From positions 2,876-66,875 of the forward strand of contig DATKHC010000021.1 of the NCBI GenBank assembly GCA_035510465.1: a stretch of DNA of 64,000 nt, in the 5' to 3' direction. The notes beneath the pieces are model-generated. The model was not told the origin of the DNA. It saw only the letters and a list, made by a program, of their open reading frames with translations, and made no database searches. Below, piece by piece: positions 59,943 through 64,000 of the stretch (the stretch's first letter is position 1; each line of letters opens with the position of its first letter). The DNA is from Candidatus Saccharimonadales bacterium (lineage in GTDB: Bacteria; Patescibacteriota; Saccharimonadia; Saccharimonadales; DATKHC01). The position numbers and the translations under genes were made by a program.

Positions 59943-61724
59943 TTAGTTTGTCTTATTTACCTCTCTAACCATCCAATTGGAGACGTTTGCATAGCGATCG
60001 GCTGCAGAATTGAACATAGTCGGCGAGAAATTAAATAAGTGTCCGCGGACGACATATAAGAATCTTGGCTGATATAGAGCAACTGCCGGTGCATCGTTCT
60101 GCCAATTTTGTAAGAACGGCTGGTATTTAACCGCCCTGAGAGCCGGGTCGACAGTGATACGCCCACCTTCTAATGACTCGTCTGATGCCGTTGATTTATA
60201 TTCTGAGAAATTAAGTCCCGGTATAGCCGATGGACTAGCCTGAGAACTATCCCAATAAACAAAAACGTCGGGATCTACGCCAATTGATATGCCGTAAAGT
60301 AGTGCGTCATAGTCACGGTTTTCCAATGTAGTCTGGAAATCAATCGACTGTTGACTAGCTAGTTGAGCATCAACTCCAATCGCTTTCCATTGCTTAACCA
60401 GAGCTTGACCGACATAGTTATACTCGCTGTCATCCTCAGTAAAGAGCTGAAATTGCAACGGACTTCCAGATTTTGTTCTAATGCCGTCTTTGCCCATAAT
60501 CCATCCATCTTGAGTAAGTAGTTGATTAGCCTGGGCAACATTGGTTGTCAGCTGGAGTGTTTTGGGAGCGTAGCCTATTTGGAAAGGCAGCAAAGGGCTT
60601 CTAGCTGGAATAACTGGATAGCCCAATCCAGCGATGATACTACTCTCGTTCGTACCTTCTACTAGAGCTTGGCGGACTTTTACGTCAGACAAAATTGGTC
60701 CGGAGTTATTGAAGAATGTCATAACTTCAGCCGTTAGTGGCACGTTATAACTAAACACATCGGAAGACTTGACTAAATTAGCCGGAAGATTATCAAGCCC
60801 GGCCATGGCATCAATGTCCTGATGATCAAAACCTGCAATCATTGAACCCTGGGTAGGATAGTCATTAATAATAAAACGGTCTAAATCTGGTTTGCCACCG
60901 TAATAATACGGGTTTGCAACCAATCCAATCTGTTGTTGCTGGGTGTTAGCACTAGTTTCCGCAACCTGCACAGTCTCCCACTTGAATGGTCCCGCCCCCA
61001 CAGGATCGACAGTATTGAAATTGACTGACTGAAAACCGCTAGGTTGAACATTACCGAGCAGATGCTCGGGAATGATGCCGGTAGTTAGATTTTCAGGAAA
61101 TGAGCTTAGCGAATCGGGTAGGCTGAAAAGGATAGTTCGAGAGTTTAACGCTTTTATATCTACTCCTTGCCAACTAGAAAAAAGAGGTGAATTCACGTCT
61201 GGATTTTGGATTGTCTTAAAGGTGAATACTACGTCATTAGCGGTTAGTGGGGTTCCGTCCTGCCATTTTAGATTGGGTTTCAAGACAACCGTATAATTCT
61301 GGCCTTTCGAATCAACAGACCAAGACTGCGCCAAGTCCGGCACTAACTGATTAGCTGAGTTGTATTTTAAAAGGCCAGCGAATATCAGTCTTGATACAGC
61401 GGCGTCAACATCGTTATTAACAAACAAAGGATCCGAAGTAGTGTAAGAACCTACAATCCCTTCCGAATATGATCCTCCGGGGACAGGTGTTAACTTCTGG
61501 TAATATCCGCTAAGTTCGTAAGCTTGTATGAGAGTAACCCCAATTAACAAAACAACTAACGTGATCCAACTGAGTAAAAACCTACGGACAGCCAGTAAAC
61601 GAGCAGTTCGTTTGAAAAAGTGACGCTCTAAATGGCTCTCTGCCTGTTGGGAGATATCGCCAACTTGCTGACGACTCCTACGGTACCTACGACGCCAACG
61701 AAGTTTCGTGGTCCGATTAATCAT
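59943..61724 (-). CDS. ABC transporter substrate-binding protein, family 5 (peptide/nickel type), membrane-anchored
   Basis: 593 aa. N-terminal TM, then an SBP_bac_5-like pattern (LVPDLAQSWSV...KWQDGTPLTANDVVFT). Confidence 0.8.
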   Translation of the reverse strand: MINRTTKLRWRRRYRRSRQQVGDISQQAESHLERHFFKRTARLLAVRRFLLSWITLVVLLIGVTLIQAYELSGYYQKLTPVPGGSYSEGIVGSYTTSDPLFVNNDVDAAVSRLIFAGLLKYNSANQLVPDLAQSWSVDSKGQNYTVVLKPNLKWQDGTPLTANDVVFTFKTIQNPDVNSPLFSSWQGVDIKALNSRTILFSLPDSLSSFPENLTTGIIPEHLLGNVQPSGFQSVNFNTVDPVGAGPFKWETVQVAETSANTQQQQIGLVANPYYYGGKPDLDRFIINDYPTQGSMIAGFDHQDIDAMAGLDNLPANLVKSSDVFSYNVPLTAEVMTFFNNSGPILSDVKVRQALVEGTNESSIIAGLGYPVIPARSPLLPFQIGYAPKTLQLTTNVAQANQLLTQDGWIMGKDGIRTKSGSPLQFQLFTEDDSEYNYVGQALVKQWKAIGVDAQLASQQSIDFQTTLENRDYDALLYGISIGVDPDVFVYWDSSQASPSAIPGLNFSEYKSTASDESLEGGRITVDPALRAVKYQPFLQNWQNDAPAVALYQPRFLYVVRGHLFNFSPTMFNSAADRYANVSNWMVREVNKTN

Positions 61725-61739
61725 CGATAAATACCGATC

Positions 61740-61952
61740 TTAAATAAGTACTCGGATAACTAAAGATATGCTAAAGGTGGTAGCCATTAAAATAGTTAGC
61801 AGGTATAGAGTCTTTTCGGAACCTCGTCTAACAATATTAATTTCTCCACTTGAACCAAGTCCTGCCCCAAGCGTTGCTCCTCTAGTTTGAATCAAAATAA
61901 GAAAAACCATAAGGATCATTGATATAACTGTTATGTAGTTTAAGGCCTTCAT
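61740..61952 (-). CDS. secG: Preprotein translocase subunit SecG
   Basis: 70 aa, two TM helices with a G-rich loop (QTRGATLGAGLGSSGE). Confidence 0.7.
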   Translation of the reverse strand: MKALNYITVISMILMVFLILIQTRGATLGAGLGSSGEINIVRRGSEKTLYLLTILMATTFSISLVIRVLI

Positions 61953-62311
61953 TCTCTCTCCAATATTGTTGACACTAAGTAGTTTACCAAGCCGATAACC
62001 ATACCGGCAAGTATAGCTGCTCCAAAGCCAGACACTTGTAGTGATGGATATATATAGCTAACGAGTAGCAGCATTAACCCATTGATGACTACTACGAATA
62101 GTCCAAGCGTAAAAAGGATAGCCGGTAGCGACAGGAGTACCACGAGAGGTTTAATTATTGCGTTTACAAGTGCCAGAATAAAGCCAGCAACGATTAAACT
62201 GAGTCGATCGTTATAGCTAATCCTCTGGTCTAGCAATCCCGATGCCACCCACAAACCAACGCCACAGATAAACCATGATATTACAAATCGGCCGATGGGT
62301 CCTCGTCTCAT
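61949..62311 (-). CDS. DUF360 / holin-superfamily-IV-like membrane protein
   Basis: 120 aa, 4 TM, with LALVNAIIKPLVVLLSLPAILFTLGLFVVVINGLML typical of DUF360. Confidence 0.65.
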   Translation of the reverse strand: MRRGPIGRFVISWFICGVGLWVASGLLDQRISYNDRLSLIVAGFILALVNAIIKPLVVLLSLPAILFTLGLFVVVINGLMLLLVSYIYPSLQVSGFGAAILAGMVIGLVNYLVSTILERE

Positions 62312-62327
62312 TGGATATAATTTTAGG

Positions 62328-63545
62328 TCAGCCTAACGACAACGGCAAGCTAGTGCTTAAATTAGTATGTCCTGTATCTGTTATTAATATGTCGTTTTCT
62401 AGCCTTACTCCAATTTCTTCCTCTGGAATATAAACCCCAGGTTCAACCGTTATTACCATTCCAGTTTTCAAAGGCTGTGAGTAATCACCCAGGTCATGGG
62501 ACTCTAACCCTAAAAAATGCGACGTTAGATGTGGAAAATATTTTCTAACGCTTTTGTCGTCAATTGTTTTTATAAGTCCCAGGACTCTTAGTTGCTCCCC
62601 CATAAAATCAGCGACTTGTTTCTCGTAATCCTTTAGTATCACTCCAGGTTTAAGAAGTGACGTAGCATATTCAGATACACTGACCACAGCCTGATAAACC
62701 TGTTTTTGACGCTTTTTTGGCAACCCGATAGAAAAAGTTCGTGTTATATCGGCAGCATAACGGTTTACTTCCGCGCCAACATCAATCACCACAAGTTGTT
62801 GATCCCCTAAGAGTTGGCTATTTTGGGTGTAGTGAATTGCGCAGGCGTTCTTACCGCTGGCTACAACCGTGTCAAAAGAAGGCCAAGCATTTTGGGATCT
62901 AAAACTGGATAGAATCATTGCTTCTATCTCGTTCTCGCTATTTAAGCTTTTAAGTCGCCTTTTAACTTGGGTAAGTGCTGTTTCTGTTATTTTGATGGCC
63001 GTTTTGATTGAATCAAGCTCAATGGCTTGTTTAATGGATCGTATCTTTATTACGTGCGGGGTTAGGTCCAAAAATTCAATTTCAGAATTAATTTCTTTTA
63101 TGCGAGCAAGTACTTTGGCTCTTCCTGGATTTGTGAAAAACCCAAGTTCCGCAATAAATCCTGGTGGCGCCGGTATGGTAGCTGCATGTTTAGCTCTCTT
63201 CAACCGGCCGCTGAGTTTTCTCCAACCCTCATCAGAGGTTAAGATTTCAGCTATGCCTGATCTCTGGGAAAGATCCTTATTCTCAATAACCCCGATTTCA
63301 ATATCCGTATATTTTGTTTTGGGTTCCAAGATTAAGTATTCCCTATCTTTATCAATCACAAGAACAGCCCCAGAGATATCTAGTCCGGTAAAGTAGAAGA
63401 AATTGGCATCTTGGCGAAAGCGATAGGTCATGTCTCCGCTTGATTGGATCAGCGAATTGGCCGATAAAACAATCGGGGCAGTACCACGAAATAGTTGTCT
63501 TAGCTTGGCGCGGTTATTTACGAAAAAGAGGGTAGGTAATTCCAT
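62328..63545 (-). CDS. pepP: Xaa-Pro aminopeptidase (M24B)
   Basis: Pita-bread metal ligands in context: VIDVGAEVNRYAADITRT, HFLGLESHD, VEPGVY, LENDILIT. Confidence 0.85.
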   Translation of the reverse strand: MELPTLFFVNNRAKLRQLFRGTAPIVLSANSLIQSSGDMTYRFRQDANFFYFTGLDISGAVLVIDKDREYLILEPKTKYTDIEIGVIENKDLSQRSGIAEILTSDEGWRKLSGRLKRAKHAATIPAPPGFIAELGFFTNPGRAKVLARIKEINSEIEFLDLTPHVIKIRSIKQAIELDSIKTAIKITETALTQVKRRLKSLNSENEIEAMILSSFRSQNAWPSFDTVVASGKNACAIHYTQNSQLLGDQQLVVIDVGAEVNRYAADITRTFSIGLPKKRQKQVYQAVVSVSEYATSLLKPGVILKDYEKQVADFMGEQLRVLGLIKTIDDKSVRKYFPHLTSHFLGLESHDLGDYSQPLKTGMVITVEPGVYIPEEEIGVRLENDILITDTGHTNLSTSLPLSLG

Positions 63546-63575
63546 GAGTATATTTTTAGTCTCCTATTATACCAA

Positions 63576-64000
63576 TCATCGATCTGAGCTAAGGTAGCCG
63601 TGGATCTGTTTGGCTTTTTTTGATCCAAGGATGGCAGCAATTTCGGCCTCAGTGGTTTGGGCTACAGCTGAAACACTGCCAAAGGCTCTTATTAATTTAC
63701 TCCTAGTTGATGGGCCAACTCCCGGAATACCATCTAGCAGGGAAGTGGTTTGGGCTTTGGTTTTTAAAACCGAATGATAACTAACAGCAAATCTGTGTGA
63801 CTCGTCTCTTATTCTTTGCAGTAATTTAACTACTGGGGAGTTTTTGGGGAGCAAAACTCGGTAGAATTCCTCGCTTGAAAAAACTACTCCCCTCTGCTTA
63901 GCGATTAAATCTAGCTTTAGGGCAACTCTTGACCCTTCGGAGCTAACTATAATTTCTTCTTCCCTTTTAGCGAGACCAATCATAGGCATATCAAGGCCGG
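63576..64000 (-). CDS. uvrC: Excinuclease ABC subunit C, C-terminal part (gene continues past the right edge)
   Basis: GLAKREEEI...LQRIRDESHRFA (endonuclease domain) and the (HhH)2 motif LDGIPGVGPSTRSKLIRAFGS. The frame stays open to position 64000. Confidence 0.85.
   Translation of the reverse strand, partial: GLDMPMIGLAKREEEIIVSSEGSRVALKLDLIAKQRGVVFSSEEFYRVLLPKNSPVVKLLQRIRDESHRFAVSYHSVLKTKAQTTSLLDGIPGVGPSTRSKLIRAFGSVSAVAQTTEAEIAAILGSKKAKQIHGYLSSDR

Noticed and set aside
61949-62311. Holin-family protein as evidence for a prophage lysis cassette.
   Set aside because: DUF360/holin-IV-like proteins are common stand-alone chromosomal genes. It is flanked by secG and pepP, with no endolysin or phage structural genes.
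1-64000. CRISPR array.
   Set aside because: No series of regularly spaced short direct repeats was seen. The repeat families found have 3-4 copies separated by whole genes.

Overview
All calls come from reading the sequence and recognising motifs. No database search was run, and start codons are best guesses.

The window is a gene-dense bacterial chromosome segment of about 40-44% GC by spot counts. The gene content suggests a small-genome Patescibacteria/CPR organism, possibly Saccharibacteria-like, but that attribution is an inference.

**Housekeeping blocks**
- 24.8-35 kb: trmD, a KH protein, rpsP, rnc, a NUDIX hydrolase, nusB, rpmF, leuS, ddl, murF.
- 47.4-51.9 kb: ligA, htpX, lemA.
- 59.9-64 kb: a family-5 substrate-binding protein, secG, pepP, uvrC.

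**Aerobic module**
- 10.9-17.9 kb: a cyoABCDE quinol-oxidase operon plus a polyprenyl-diphosphate synthase.
- Nearby: NDH-2, two FAD-linked oxidase paralogs and an FMN reductase.
- Several genes are of a type typical of Actinobacteria: WhiB-like plus MMPL, and Ni-SOD sodN with its protease sodX.

**Two accessory regions stand out**
1. 36-45.5 kb is punctuated by four tRNA genes. It carries:
   - an ArsR/SRPBCC operon;
   - a truncated HTH gene beside a partial duplicate of the tRNA-Ala 3' end;
   - two small envelope-protein genes bracketed by a 30-nt repeat;
   - a small basic protein paired with a cytoplasmic trypsin-like protease;
   - a secreted neprosin-like protein;
   - a two-gene operon with an HD (SAMHD1/dGTPase-like) protein whose metal ligands appear substituted.
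2. 52.9-59.9 kb is an array of self-contained modules, each bordered on its left by a conserved ~57-nt repeat. The modules are a mazEF-like pair, a wHTH-ComF-like phosphoribosyltransferase and a relBE/dinJ-like pair. The array ends in a ~4 kb GC-rich island (~57% GC) integrated next to tRNA-Leu(CAG).
   - The island encodes a tandem-HTH protein and a protein-kinase-like protein.
   - It also holds a three-gene operon centred on a nucleoside-deoxyribosyltransferase/TIR-like protein with an unknown C-terminal domain, broken by a frameshift in a G6 run.
   - I regard this array and island, a defence-island-like locus with no intact recombinase, as the best candidate for an undescribed system.

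**Other recurring observations**
- Many genes have a -10 hexamer 6-8 nt upstream of the ATG, which suggests leaderless mRNAs.
- Three apparent frameshifts were seen, two at short homopolymers (C4, G6) and one 1-nt deletion next to TT. They could be assembly errors or true pseudogenes.
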